This document shows positions 1 to 9,472 of a stretch of DNA of 64,000 nucleotides, in pieces. Positions within the stretch are counted from its first letter, which is position 1. Each line of letters starts with the position of its first letter. The position numbers were made by a program, and so were the translations under genes. The notes under the pieces were generated by a model, which was not told the origin of the DNA, did no database searches, and was given only the letters and a program-made list of their open reading frames with translations. This DNA is from Beijerinckiaceae bacterium (GTDB lineage Bacteria > Pseudomonadota > Alphaproteobacteria > Rhizobiales > Beijerinckiaceae): NCBI GenBank assembly GCA_947475995.1, contig CANJNI010000022.1:2018-66017 (forward strand). Reading direction: 5' to 3'.

Positions 1-1
1 C

Positions 2-274
2 CTGATCTTCTGGCATGACATCAATCGCGACGACCGTGAACACGCCTTCTTCGCGCTCAGCTCGGCCCTCGCTTTCCTCTATGGCTGTGTGGCGATCGTC
101 GGCGTCAAGCCGCTGATCGAGGACATTGCGCTCGGCATGAGCCAGCCGGTCGCCGCCACCGCTCGCCATATCTTCTCCAGCGAGCGAACATTGCGCCAGC
201 GCCTCGCCTACGGGGCGAGCCTTGCGGCTGTCTTCGCCATGGCGCTGGGCGCCGGCTTCACCCTTTGGGCCTGA
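2..274 (+). CDS. 3' end of a membrane protein (partial, begins before the window)
   Basis: Open frame from base 2 (LIFWHDINRDDREHAFFALSSALAFLYGCVAIVGV...GAGFTLWA*) with hydrophobic segments; family not recognised. Confidence 0.5.
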   Translation: MIFWHDINRDDREHAFFALSSALAFLYGCVAIVGVKPLIEDIALGMSQPVAATARHIFSSERTLRQRLAYGASLAAVFAMALGAGFTLWA

Positions 275-285
275 TCGGGACACGC

Positions 286-1260
286 ATGATGTTCGCCAGG
301 ATCACCAGCCCTGCACTTGGGGCCGCCCTGCTGGCGGCGGTCGCCGCGCATCCTGCGGCAGCCGTCGAATGGTACACGGGCGCAAAGGCCATCGAGCAGC
401 CGAAAACCGACTGGTTTTCGTGGGCTAAACCGCTGCCCTCGAAAGACGACTGGATCATCGAGACGCCGAGACAACAGGCTGCGCCGACGGAGCCGAACAA
501 GCCGAAAGCCGAGGAATTTTCCGCCATATCCATGCGCGGACCGACGACGACTTCGGGACCGGTGAAGACCCCGGGGCTTCTGGTGAAGCGAAACGGAGAG
601 GAAACCAGCACCGATTATTCGCCCCCGCAGCAGACGACACAGTATGCGGTCGATATCTCGGTCGGCTTCACGGGCCGCAACACCTCATCGACCACCGTCG
701 GCTTTACCTCCGCGGGCGGCCAGAAACTTGACCAGACAGGACCGCGCTATCACGTCGAATTGCAGATGGATGCGCCGTGCTGCTTCGGCAAATCCGTTTC
801 TTTCACTGGCGCAAGCAACGTTTCTTTCGGAGCTTCCGCCATGGTGGGCTATGAGTGGAGCGGAGAAAAGGGTTCGGTTGCCGGCTATGTCGGGGCGAAT
901 TTCGTCAATGTGACGAAGCAATTTGTGGGGACGGAATCGGATTTCGGCCTCCAGACCGGCGTGGATATGTCGGCCTACCCGAACGAGAGCTTCATGGCGT
1001 CGCTCGGCGGGACGTTCTCGACAGTCAACCTCTCCCATTATGCGCGCGCCAAGATGGGCTTCGCGCTGCGCGAGGGGCTCTACATCGGACCTGAAGCGGT
1101 GATCATCGGCGACCGGCATGGCCGCCAGATGCGCTATGGCGGGCATATTTCCGGGCTGAAGATCAGCGGCCTGCAGTTCGGCCTCGCCGGGGGCTATGTG
1201 GTGGACCGCAAACGCGGCAACGGCGTCTATACGACGCTCGACATGCGGGCGGCCTTCTAG
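286..1260 (+). CDS. BcsS-like (cellulose biosynthesis protein BcsS family) exported/outer-membrane beta protein
   Basis: Signal peptide, then EWYTG; C-terminal YIGPEA..GD..RQ.R.GGH.SGL...GLAGGY pattern recalled for the BcsS family; terminal Phe. Confidence 0.6.
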   Translation: MMFARITSPALGAALLAAVAAHPAAAVEWYTGAKAIEQPKTDWFSWAKPLPSKDDWIIETPRQQAAPTEPNKPKAEEFSAISMRGPTTTSGPVKTPGLLVKRNGEETSTDYSPPQQTTQYAVDISVGFTGRNTSSTTVGFTSAGGQKLDQTGPRYHVELQMDAPCCFGKSVSFTGASNVSFGASAMVGYEWSGEKGSVAGYVGANFVNVTKQFVGTESDFGLQTGVDMSAYPNESFMASLGGTFSTVNLSHYARAKMGFALREGLYIGPEAVIIGDRHGRQMRYGGHISGLKISGLQFGLAGGYVVDRKRGNGVYTTLDMRAAF

Positions 1261-1338
1261 GATTGCGCATCTGCTCAAATAATGGGAATCTCTGCGCCAA
1301 GAAGGCGGCAGGGCCGCAATGAACAGCGGGGGAATTTC

Positions 1339-2484
1339 ATGTCGGCAGCAATCCAGCCAGCGCAGTACGCCGTCGCCGGCAGCGATCTCAAGATCGCCAG
1401 CGTCGAGGCCTACCGGCTGAAGTTGCCCTACAAGTCCGCCGTGTCCTTCAAAAGCGCCAAGCAGGAAGTGGGCGAATTCGTCCTGCTCCGCATCGTGCTG
1501 AACAACGGCGTCGATGGAATTGCAGAAAGCGTTTGCCGGCCGGAACATTCTGGCGAGGACGCGATATCCGTGGCCTACGAGATCGAGAATTTCTTCAAGC
1601 CGCTGATGGTGGGGGCGGACCCGCTCGGCCACCTCGCCCTCTTGGAGAAGCTCAGTCGCATTCGCCGTTGCACCGCCTCCAAGGCGCTCATCGACATCGC
1701 CCTGTGGGATATTCGCGGCAAGGTGTTCGGCCAGCCCGTGTGGCGGCTGCTCGGCGGCACGACTCCAAAGCCTGTTCCGTTGTCGTGGATCGCGCATGGC
1801 AACACCGTCGAGGGCCAGATCGACGAAGTGAAGAAGATGCGCGAGACGCGCGGCTATCGCGGCATGAAGCTGAAGACATGGCGCTGCAACGCGGACGACG
1901 TTCGCATGGTCGAAGGCGTCCGCAAGGTGGTCGGCGACGACATGTGCATCTATATCGACTGCAACGGCTCCTATTCGGAAACGCAGGCCCGGGCGATCCT
2001 GCCGCGCATGTCGCAGTTCAACATCTCGTTCATCGAGGAGCCTTGCGACTTCCTCGACCTGCAACGCGCTGCCCGCATGGCGGCGGACCTGCCGGTTGCG
2101 TTGCTGGGCGACCAGTCATGTCCCTCGCTCGAGGACGCCAACGCCAACATCCGCGCCAATGCGGTGGGCGCCGTCAGCGTCAAGATGCGCCGCACCGGGC
2201 TTACGGAATCCTTGAAGATCATCGCATTGTGCGAAGCGATCGGCATTCCGGTGGTGATAGGCACCGATTCCGAGAGCCGCATCGCCGCCATGCCCCGCAT
2301 GCATCTGCGCTCGGCCGTGCCGCATCTCGATCCCTGGCCGACCGAGACCCATTTCTTCGACAAGCTGGCCGACGATGTCTTTGCGGGTGACTTTCAATTC
2401 GCCGACGGCGCCATCACGCCGAACGACGCTCCGGGATTCGGCGCATCGTTCGATCGCAAGCAGATCGAGAAATATGCATTCTAG
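1339..2484 (+). CDS. Mandelate racemase/muconate-lactonizing enzyme (enolase superfamily, MLE subgroup)
   Basis: KxK motif (MKLKT), metal ligands in IDCN, IEEP and GDQS, Lys in VSVKM; N-terminal capping domain with KALIDIALWDIRGK. Confidence 0.9.
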   Translation: MSAAIQPAQYAVAGSDLKIASVEAYRLKLPYKSAVSFKSAKQEVGEFVLLRIVLNNGVDGIAESVCRPEHSGEDAISVAYEIENFFKPLMVGADPLGHLALLEKLSRIRRCTASKALIDIALWDIRGKVFGQPVWRLLGGTTPKPVPLSWIAHGNTVEGQIDEVKKMRETRGYRGMKLKTWRCNADDVRMVEGVRKVVGDDMCIYIDCNGSYSETQARAILPRMSQFNISFIEEPCDFLDLQRAARMAADLPVALLGDQSCPSLEDANANIRANAVGAVSVKMRRTGLTESLKIIALCEAIGIPVVIGTDSESRIAAMPRMHLRSAVPHLDPWPTETHFFDKLADDVFAGDFQFADGAITPNDAPGFGASFDRKQIEKYAF

Positions 2485-2499
2485 GACTGCGGCGCAGGG

Positions 2500-3357
2500 T
2501 CAGTCCGCGAGCGCCGGATAGACCTTGCGGGCGGTCCCGCCGAGAATCCAGTCCTGATCGGACCCGGGCAGGCAGGCGATGGCGGACGTGACGCGGCCGA
2601 GCAACTCGGTCAGCGTGCCGGACGTCGCCGGATAGTTCGAGCCGAACATCAGACGATCCGCGCCGAATTCGGCCACGAGCTTCTTCACCGCCGTTTCGGT
2701 CGTCGCATGGCCCTTGATGACGTTCTTGAACGCCTGTGGGGTCATCTTCAGGAAGAAGTTCGGGAAGCGCGACATGCGCCAGAAATCCGCCGCAGCCGCA
2801 TAGGGCGCGCCGTCGTCGAGGGGAGGGCGCCCGAGGTGGTCCACCAGCAGGCGCACCCTGGGATAGCGCTCCATGACATTCGCCATCTGGCGCATGCCGT
2901 CGGCGTCGCAATGCAGGTTCACCACGACCGGAATGCCGAGATCGGACGCGCAGGTCCAAGCTGGTGCATAGGAAGCATCGTCAACGGCCAGCCACGGCGT
3001 CGCAATGGTGCTGCCGCGCGTGTAGATGCGCATGCCGGTGCAGCCCTTGCCGTACCATTCGCGCATGCGCTGCGGCGCATCTTCTGCGGTGATGTCGACA
3101 GAGAAGACGCCTGTGAAGCGCCGGGGGTGCAGGGCGACAGCGTCCGCCACATAAGCATTGTTGAAGCCGTAGGTGGTCGAGGAATGAACCAGGCAGGCTT
3201 TCGCGATTCCGGCCTCGTCCATCGCGGCGATCAGTTCTTCCAGCGTCACCGAATGATCCGCCGACCAGTCCGACCGCTTGCCGCGCAGCGGCGTGATCGG
3301 ATAGCGCTCGGTGTCGGGCGAAACGATGTGCGGATGAGTGTCTACGATCGTCTGCAT
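2500..3357 (-). CDS. Amidohydrolase_2 family protein (lactonase-like TIM barrel)
   Basis: DTHPH (HxH), LLVDHLG, RLMFGSNYP; ATG read on the minus strand at 3357. Confidence 0.85.
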   Translation of the reverse strand: MQTIVDTHPHIVSPDTERYPITPLRGKRSDWSADHSVTLEELIAAMDEAGIAKACLVHSSTTYGFNNAYVADAVALHPRRFTGVFSVDITAEDAPQRMREWYGKGCTGMRIYTRGSTIATPWLAVDDASYAPAWTCASDLGIPVVVNLHCDADGMRQMANVMERYPRVRLLVDHLGRPPLDDGAPYAAAADFWRMSRFPNFFLKMTPQAFKNVIKGHATTETAVKKLVAEFGADRLMFGSNYPATSGTLTELLGRVTSAIACLPGSDQDWILGGTARKVYPALAD

Positions 3358-3358
3358 C

Positions 3359-4381
3359 TTACGGCCGGATCACCTTCGCCATGCGCTCCACCATTTCCCT
3401 GGGGGCGGCATAGAGCTTGTTCACATGGGTGGCGACGTATTCGCCGTCTCTCGGATTGATTTCGAGATGCGCCCTGGCGGCCTCGTCAAGCAGTTCGGGG
3501 TCCTGAACGGCCTTGTCGAAGGCGGCGCGCAGCAGTTTCACCGCTTCCGGCGGCGAACCCGGCGGAACAATGAACACGCGCTGGAAAATCTGTTCCGTAA
3601 CGATCAGCTCCAGCAGCGGCTTGTCGGCCGGTTCGACGAAATCCCAGAGAGGGGGTACGCCGAGGGCCGTGAGGGACGGCTTCGGTTCCAAGCCGATCTG
3701 GACGAACACATTGCCCTTGCCGCCGCTGATGAAGTCCGGACGCAGCGTGTTCACGGCGCTGTAGTCGAGGCCGCAGATCACATCCGACTCGCCGCGATCG
3801 AGCGCCATGAACATTTCGTTCGGGCCCGGATAGCCGGTGACGATCTTGAATTTCGTCTTCGCGAGAGAGTTCAGCAGGCGCGCATAGGCGCCGGGCTGCG
3901 TTGCGCCGACGATGAATTCGTTGGTCTGCACATCCTTCATGGTCTTGGCTTTGGAGCCCGCCAGGCTGAAGCACAGCCGTGCGCCGCTGTCCGCTGTGCC
4001 CAGATATTCGAACTTCGTCGGATCATAGCGCCCGCGAAGGCTCTCGGTGAACAGCGGATCGACGAGCGCCCCCGGAATCACGAGGCCGATATAGGTGCCG
4101 TCCTTGGGGGCCAGCGTGTACATGAATTCTGCGGCGCGCAGGCTTCCGGCGCCCGGCATGTACTGGAAAACCTGTCCGGGCTGGCCGGACAGATGTTTCG
4201 ACATGTAGCGCGTGATCAAACGCGCATATGCATCGTAGCCGCTGCCGGCCGTGTTGCCGACGATGACGTTGAACCGCTTGCCCTGATAAAAATCCTGGGC
4301 CTGCGTCGTCGTCGCCTGAAGGCCTGCCAGAAGGCCGAGGGCCAGTCCGGCGATCTTGCCCCAATTGCTGCGCATGTTCAT
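3359..4381 (-). CDS. Tripartite tricarboxylate transporter substrate-binding protein (TctC/Bug family)
   Basis: Signal peptide, GNTAGSGYDAYAR, MPGAGS, APKDGT, YPG..E...A..RGE motifs. Confidence 0.9.
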   Translation of the reverse strand: MNMRSNWGKIAGLALGLLAGLQATTTQAQDFYQGKRFNVIVGNTAGSGYDAYARLITRYMSKHLSGQPGQVFQYMPGAGSLRAAEFMYTLAPKDGTYIGLVIPGALVDPLFTESLRGRYDPTKFEYLGTADSGARLCFSLAGSKAKTMKDVQTNEFIVGATQPGAYARLLNSLAKTKFKIVTGYPGPNEMFMALDRGESDVICGLDYSAVNTLRPDFISGGKGNVFVQIGLEPKPSLTALGVPPLWDFVEPADKPLLELIVTEQIFQRVFIVPPGSPPEAVKLLRAAFDKAVQDPELLDEAARAHLEINPRDGEYVATHVNKLYAAPREMVERMAKVIRP

Positions 4382-4588
4382 CGTCCCGCTACCTTGAATT
4401 GCCGTGCCGGACTGTCGTCCTGCCTGACTGAATTTTTAACAAGGAAGGGGCAGGGCCTGCCCATAAGAAATCAAAGCGGGGTCATTGGTTGGCGCGTGGC
4501 CCGCCCCAACCGCAGATGCAAATCAGATCTTTCGCTAACGCAAAGGCGGCCTGGCCGCCTCAAGGCCCGCATCTTTACGTCCGTAAGG

Positions 4589-5002
4589 CTACGCCAGCAG
4601 AGCCGCTCCGGCCTGCGCAATCTCGTCGTCCTTCACCGACGTGGAGCCCGAGACTCCTATGGCCCCCACACGCTGGCCTTCCGCCATGAGCGGAACGCCG
4701 CCGCCGAGCGGCATCACATTCGGGATCTTCAGGATCACCGTGCGATCCTTGGCGGCCTCCTCCCACGACTTTGTGGAGCGTCCGAAAAGCGCCGCCGAAC
4801 GAGCCTTCGCGATGCCGACTTCCGCTGCTGCGGGGGCGACGCCGTCCATGCGGATGAAATGCAGCAGGTAGCCGCCGTCATCCACCACCGCGATGACCAT
4901 CTTCAGGTTCTGCGCCTTCGCAGCCGCCTCGCAGGCTTCCGCCATCTTGCGGGCGGCGTCGAGCGTGAGTTGCTTCTTGTCGATGAGGGTGAGATTTCCC
5001 AA
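4589..5002 (-). CDS. GlcG/HbpS family heme-binding protein
   Basis: IAVVDDGG..L...RMDG, A..KA.SA, GGGVPL...G..VGAIGVSG; probable TTG start after GAGGA. Confidence 0.85.
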   Translation of the reverse strand: MGNLTLIDKKQLTLDAARKMAEACEAAAKAQNLKMVIAVVDDGGYLLHFIRMDGVAPAAAEVGIAKARSAALFGRSTKSWEEAAKDRTVILKIPNVMPLGGGVPLMAEGQRVGAIGVSGSTSVKDDEIAQAGAALLA

Positions 5003-5031
5003 TGTGTCCTCGGATGCTTGAGTGGGATGGA

Positions 5032-6297
5032 CTATTCGGCGGCGACAGCGCGGTCGTGGATGCCTTGCCGGAAATTCGCCTTGTCGGAAACCAGATAGCT
5101 GCGCACGACAATGTCGTCCATCCGGGCCTTCTGCGGATCGTGGATCCGCCCCTGCGGTTCCTTTCCGGCGGCCATGTCGGCGATGCCTTGCAGGATGAAG
5201 CGACGTGCCGCCACAACCGCCATGTCGCTGTACCCCAGCCGCTCCTTCGAGCGATCGTAGATCGGCCCCATGCTCTCGGTGACGAAATTGTCGTGAACAG
5301 AGAAGGAGGGGCCGAGACCCGCGAACCACCGGTCCTTCATCTCCTCGCGATCCTGCAGATAGCGATTCTCCCTCGTTCTCCGGTTTTGCAGATCGGTTCC
5401 GGGAATGACGTGAAGCTCGTAAACCTTGCGCAGCATCTCGTGGTTGATCGGCCCGCTGCGCTTGAAGTTGACCATGTACTTGATGTGCAATGTGTCGGTG
5501 ACCGGTACATGCCACAGGGCCGTATAGCCGTCATCGCCAGTCGGTCCCGCCACGATGGCGAGGTTCGGCCCGACATAATTCGTCACGCGCAGATAGGCGC
5601 GCTCGCCGAGTTCGCGGATCGTGAAAATGCGAAGTCCGAAATCCATACGGTCGATTTCCATGCGCGGCGTGCCGTTCACATAGAATTCGTAGAACTGGTC
5701 GACCGTGCCGGGCGCTGCGCCCGCATCCAGACTGGTCAGCGCCTTGTGCAGAAAATTCAGATGGAAGGGGTCGATGTCGCCTTCCAAAGCCTGCAGATAA
5801 TTGCAGTTCTCACGGAATTTCCAGATGTGAACCTGCTCGGGCTTCGCGCGCAGGACCTCATGTTCGGGAAACAGCGGCGGCTCGCCTTCTCCCAGATAGG
5901 CGAAGATCATCCCCGCGGCTTCGCGGCACGGATAGGCCGTGTGCCGCACATGCTGGCAGAACTGCTTGCCGCGCGGCTCGGCCGGTTGTTCCAGACACTG
6001 GCCGGTCACATCGAAAACCCAGCCGTGATACACGCAGCGAAGTCCGCCGCCCTCGATGCGCCCGTAGCTCAGATCGGCGCCGCGATGCGGGCAATTGATC
6101 GGCATAAGTCCGAGCCTGCCGAACTCGTCGCGAAACAGGACCAGTTCCTCGCTCATGATGGTCAGCGGCAGGGGCGCGCCATTGGCCGGAAGATCGCTGG
6201 CGAGCGCGACAGGTTGCCAGTATGCGCGCAGCAGCTTGCCGCCCGGCGTGCCCGGCGCGGTCAGAGTCATCAGGTCGTTTTCAGCCTTCGTAAACAT
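5032..6297 (-). CDS. Rieske non-heme iron oxygenase alpha subunit (phthalate 4,5-dioxygenase/LigX-like group)
   Basis: Rieske motif CPHRGADL...CVYHGW; mononuclear Fe motif EGDIDPFHLNFLH plus a distal Asp in VHDNFVTESMG. Confidence 0.9.
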   Translation of the reverse strand: MFTKAENDLMTLTAPGTPGGKLLRAYWQPVALASDLPANGAPLPLTIMSEELVLFRDEFGRLGLMPINCPHRGADLSYGRIEGGGLRCVYHGWVFDVTGQCLEQPAEPRGKQFCQHVRHTAYPCREAAGMIFAYLGEGEPPLFPEHEVLRAKPEQVHIWKFRENCNYLQALEGDIDPFHLNFLHKALTSLDAGAAPGTVDQFYEFYVNGTPRMEIDRMDFGLRIFTIRELGERAYLRVTNYVGPNLAIVAGPTGDDGYTALWHVPVTDTLHIKYMVNFKRSGPINHEMLRKVYELHVIPGTDLQNRRTRENRYLQDREEMKDRWFAGLGPSFSVHDNFVTESMGPIYDRSKERLGYSDMAVVAARRFILQGIADMAAGKEPQGRIHDPQKARMDDIVVRSYLVSDKANFRQGIHDRAVAAE

Positions 6298-6429
6298 GAG
6301 GCGTTTCTCCGCTCGGGCGCTTGTGCGTCTCGTCCTGTTGCTCGCTTGGCCTGCTGTGCAGGTCTTCGTTGCAGGCTGCAGGATAGCAGAGAAAAATGCG
6401 GATATGCGGAAACGCGAAAATGACCGGGC

Positions 6430-7283
6430 TTAGGCGGACAGCGCCGCGCGTGGTCCGGTTCCGCCAAGCTTGCGCGTGACCTCCGCAGCCGCCTCCCGAA
6501 TGATCCGGGCGGGCGCTCCGTCGGGGGTGGTGTCCATGAAGCCCGCCGAACCGACCAGCGTCATGGCGATCGCGAGTCGACCCCGGTGATCGAAGATCGG
6601 CGCCGATACAGCCGCGAATTCGCGGACGCTTTTGCCGATCGTGAAAGCCATGCCGTCGGCGATCACATGCCGCCGCATCGCGTCGATGTCGTCGGCCGGG
6701 GGGGCGGCGCGCCAATGATCTGCTCATCCCACTCGCGCAACTCCTGATTGATGCGCGCCTGCGTTTCCTGCGGCGTCAGATAGGCAAGGAAGATTCGGCC
6801 CGAGGCGGTGCGCAGAAGCGACAGGGTGCGGCCTTCGCGTGTGCGCACGGCAGAATCGAGATGGGCCGTCTCACTGCGGATTACGGTCGGCCCGTAGCTG
6901 CCCCAGACGCTGATCGACGACGTGAGGCCGGTCCGGTGGGTGATTTCCACAAGCTTTTCGGTTGCTAGCTTCACCCCGTCGAGTCGCGAGACGGCCGTGA
7001 CGCCCAGTTCGACGAGTTGCGAGCCGAATTCGTAGCGGCCCGTATAGGGATCGTGGCTGACGAGTTCGGTCAGCACGAGGCCCATGAGATAACGATGGGC
7101 GCGGGGAGGGGACATGGCCGCCGCCGCAGCGATCTCGGTCAGCGTGGAAGGGCGGCCAAGGCGGGCCATCACCTTCAGCAGCGAGACTCCGACCACAATC
7201 GAGCGGTTGCCGTGACGCGGCATGGCCGCCGCAGAGCGGACGTCTTCGGAATCGGAGGATCCGCGCTTTTTGGCCGGCGGCAT
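6430..7283 (-). pseudogene. IclR family transcriptional regulator interrupted by a frameshift in a G7/C7 run (6698-6704)
   Basis: HTH half (RSIVVGVSLL...LTEIA...RAHRYL) in one frame and the effector-domain C-terminus (AAVSAPIFDHRG) in the next; adding one base restores ...GAPPPPADDIDAMRRH... Confidence 0.85.
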
Positions 7284-7522
7284 GAAGAAACCTCTGTGGC
7301 GTCCGCTCTCTCGCACCATAGCTTGGGCGTTACAATTCAATATTTACGCAATTCTGGCCGATTGGACCGAAAAGGCCTGCTTTTGATCGAAAATCTCAAC
7401 TCAAGGTGCCCCGAAACCGGCGGGTTTGCAATTGCATCGTCCTGCCGCCGGGTCTCGAGGAGGGCCGCCGTTGACGCCTGTGCGCCCCCGTCCTAAGCCC
7501 GAAGCCGAAACAGGAAACCAGC

Positions 7523-7975
7523 ATGTCCGGACCCAAGACCGGCCTGACGCAGGAAGCCAAGGAGGCGATCCGCATCGGCGACAAGGTGCGCGACTGGCGA
7601 GAAGCCACGCGCTGGGGATTTCTGCTGGCCGCCTTCATGCGCATCGTGGCCATCCTGTGGCTCTTCCAGGGGCTGCTCCGCTGGTCCGATGTGCTGATGC
7701 CTGCGCATTCGATCTTCGACCTGACGACGCCCGACAAGGCCGCCTCGACGGTGTTCTTTTCCGTCACCAATCTGGTGGCGGCAGTGGGGCTGTGGCTTGC
7801 GACTCCATGGGGCGGCGTCCTGTGGCTCGTGGTGGTCGCCGCAGAGTCGATGATGACCTTCGTGATGCCGGATTTCTTCGCCGCGCCGCGCTTCACGCTG
7901 GGCGTCGATGTGGTGCTGGTGATCACCTATTTCGTGCTCACCTGGTACGCGGCGCGCGAGCGCGACGCCTTCTGA
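7523..7975 (+). CDS. DUF6163-like small membrane protein
   Basis: Four hydrophobic segments, AAVGLWLATPWGGVLW motif, position upstream of the LdtR-type regulator as recalled for Rhizobiales. Confidence 0.7.
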   Translation: MSGPKTGLTQEAKEAIRIGDKVRDWREATRWGFLLAAFMRIVAILWLFQGLLRWSDVLMPAHSIFDLTTPDKAASTVFFSVTNLVAAVGLWLATPWGGVLWLVVVAAESMMTFVMPDFFAAPRFTLGVDVVLVITYFVLTWYAARERDAF

Positions 7976-8178
7976 AAACAGGCCCCGGACGGGCGCTTTT
8001 TGGTTAAGCGAATTTCATAATAAACCGCTGATTTACTTCATCAATCGTTCACCCCAATAAGTAAACGGCGCATTCATGCTGTTATTTAAACTCGTCTTCA
8101 TTCGACCCTCCTATGGTCAGCCTACAACGAGCCGAGCCGATAACGAGCGAAGGCCAGGGTAACGTGACGGGGTGTGTG

Positions 8179-8691
8179 ATGAATACTGCGTTGAAAGCTG
8201 AAGTGGCGCATCCGCGCGCTGACCGTATCAAGGAAGTACGTCCGGCTTATCTTGAAGCGTTGACGCTTGTGGAACGTCTTCATCGTCGGCTTCTGGACGT
8301 CATCAAGGATGAATTCGACCGTCGCGGCCGCAGCGACATCAACGCCGTGCAGGCGCTGTTGCTTTACAACATCGGCGACAAGGAACTGACGGCCGGCGAA
8401 CTGCGCACGCGCGGTTACTATCTCGGCTCGAACGTCTCCTACAACGTCAAGAAGCTGGTCGAGATGGGTTACCTCCATCATGCCCGCTCGCGCGTGGACC
8501 GCCGCTCGGTGCGCATCAGCCTCACCGAGAAGGGCAAGGGCGTTCACGAGATCGTCTGCTCGCTCTACGAAAAGCATGTGCTGACCGTGGAACAGATCGG
8601 CGGCATCTCCTGTGAGGAATTCCAGCGGCTCAACCAGGCCCTGTCGCGTCTAGAACGCTACTGGACCGACCAGATCCGCTACCGGCTGTAA
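8179..8691 (+). CDS. ldtR: MarR family regulator, LdtR type
   Basis: YLEALTLVERLHRRLLDVIKDEF, ELRTRGYYLGSNVSYN and terminal WTDQIRYRL; near an L,D-transpeptidase and glyA. Confidence 0.8.
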   Translation: MNTALKAEVAHPRADRIKEVRPAYLEALTLVERLHRRLLDVIKDEFDRRGRSDINAVQALLLYNIGDKELTAGELRTRGYYLGSNVSYNVKKLVEMGYLHHARSRVDRRSVRISLTEKGKGVHEIVCSLYEKHVLTVEQIGGISCEEFQRLNQALSRLERYWTDQIRYRL

Positions 8692-8712
8692 TCTCAAGCC
8701 ACCGGTCAGGCC

Positions 8713-8742
8713 AAAAGGGCTCGCCGAAAGGCGGGCCTTTTT
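8713..8742 (+). terminator. Intrinsic terminator after ldtR
   Basis: aaaagggctcgcc-gaaa-ggcgggccttttt hairpin followed by T runs. Confidence 0.8.
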
Positions 8743-8825
8743 GCTTTTTGCTGAATGGATCGTTGAAGTCCTGATTGCGCCGCGCGCCGCTTCCCGCCAG
8801 ACTGGCGGGCGAAACGGAGCACCAC

Positions 8826-9170
8826 ATGCGCGGACCAAATGATGTCGGCGGAACGCCGGACGGGCCGGTCGATCCGGAACCGCACAGCCTGACCTTCTGG
8901 GAAAAGCAGATCGACGCCCTGCGCGGCGTCATCGGCGGCAAGAAGATCGTCCTGACCGACGAGAACCGCCGTTACGTCGAGGCGCTTGGCGACGATGTTT
9001 ACAATACATTGACCTATTACCAGCGCTGGACTGCGGCCCTGTCGCGCCAGATGGTCGACAAGGGCATCCTGACGCAGGACGAGATCGACGCGAAGGTGGC
9101 CGAAATCCGCGCCCGCCTCGCGGCCGATGGCGAACTCGACGTCGAGGCGCTCGCGAAGGAGCGGCTGTGA
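8826..9170 (+). CDS. Thiocyanate hydrolase beta-like subunit (N-terminal half of nitrile hydratase beta)
   Basis: G.NDVGG, WEKQIDAL, DENRR..E.L..D.Y..LTYYQRW, KGILT.DEI; GGAG RBS; GTGA overlap with the next gene. Confidence 0.8.
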   Translation: MRGPNDVGGTPDGPVDPEPHSLTFWEKQIDALRGVIGGKKIVLTDENRRYVEALGDDVYNTLTYYQRWTAALSRQMVDKGILTQDEIDAKVAEIRARLAADGELDVEALAKERL

Positions 9171-9472
9171 GCGCGCTCCGCACCGGCGACTATGTCATCG
9201 TCCGCGACGATTTTCCGCCCGGCCATGTGCGCACGCCGGTCTATGTGCGCGGCAAAAGGGGCAGGGTGGTCCGCAAGCTCGGCGAATTCCAGAACCCCGA
9301 ACTGATCGCCTACCGGCTGGAAGGGCCCGCCAAAGCCCTGTTTGCGGTGCGCTTCGCCCAGACCGACCTGTGGCCGGACTATCGCGGCCCGCGCGGCGAT
9401 ACGGTCGATCTCGATCTTTACGAACACTGGCTGACGCCCGCCGGGCCCGAGCCGGAGGAGCAGCAGGCATGA
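9167..9472 (+). CDS. Thiocyanate hydrolase alpha-like SH3-like subunit (C-terminal half of nitrile hydratase beta)
   Basis: GD.V.V......GHVRTPVYVRGKRG, LFAVRF...DLWPDY, DLYEHWL. Confidence 0.85.
   Translation: MSALRTGDYVIVRDDFPPGHVRTPVYVRGKRGRVVRKLGEFQNPELIAYRLEGPAKALFAVRFAQTDLWPDYRGPRGDTVDLDLYEHWLTPAGPEPEEQQA

Noticed and set aside
8000-8020. CtrA box upstream of ldtR
   Set aside because: Only one TTAA(C) half-site; the second half does not match
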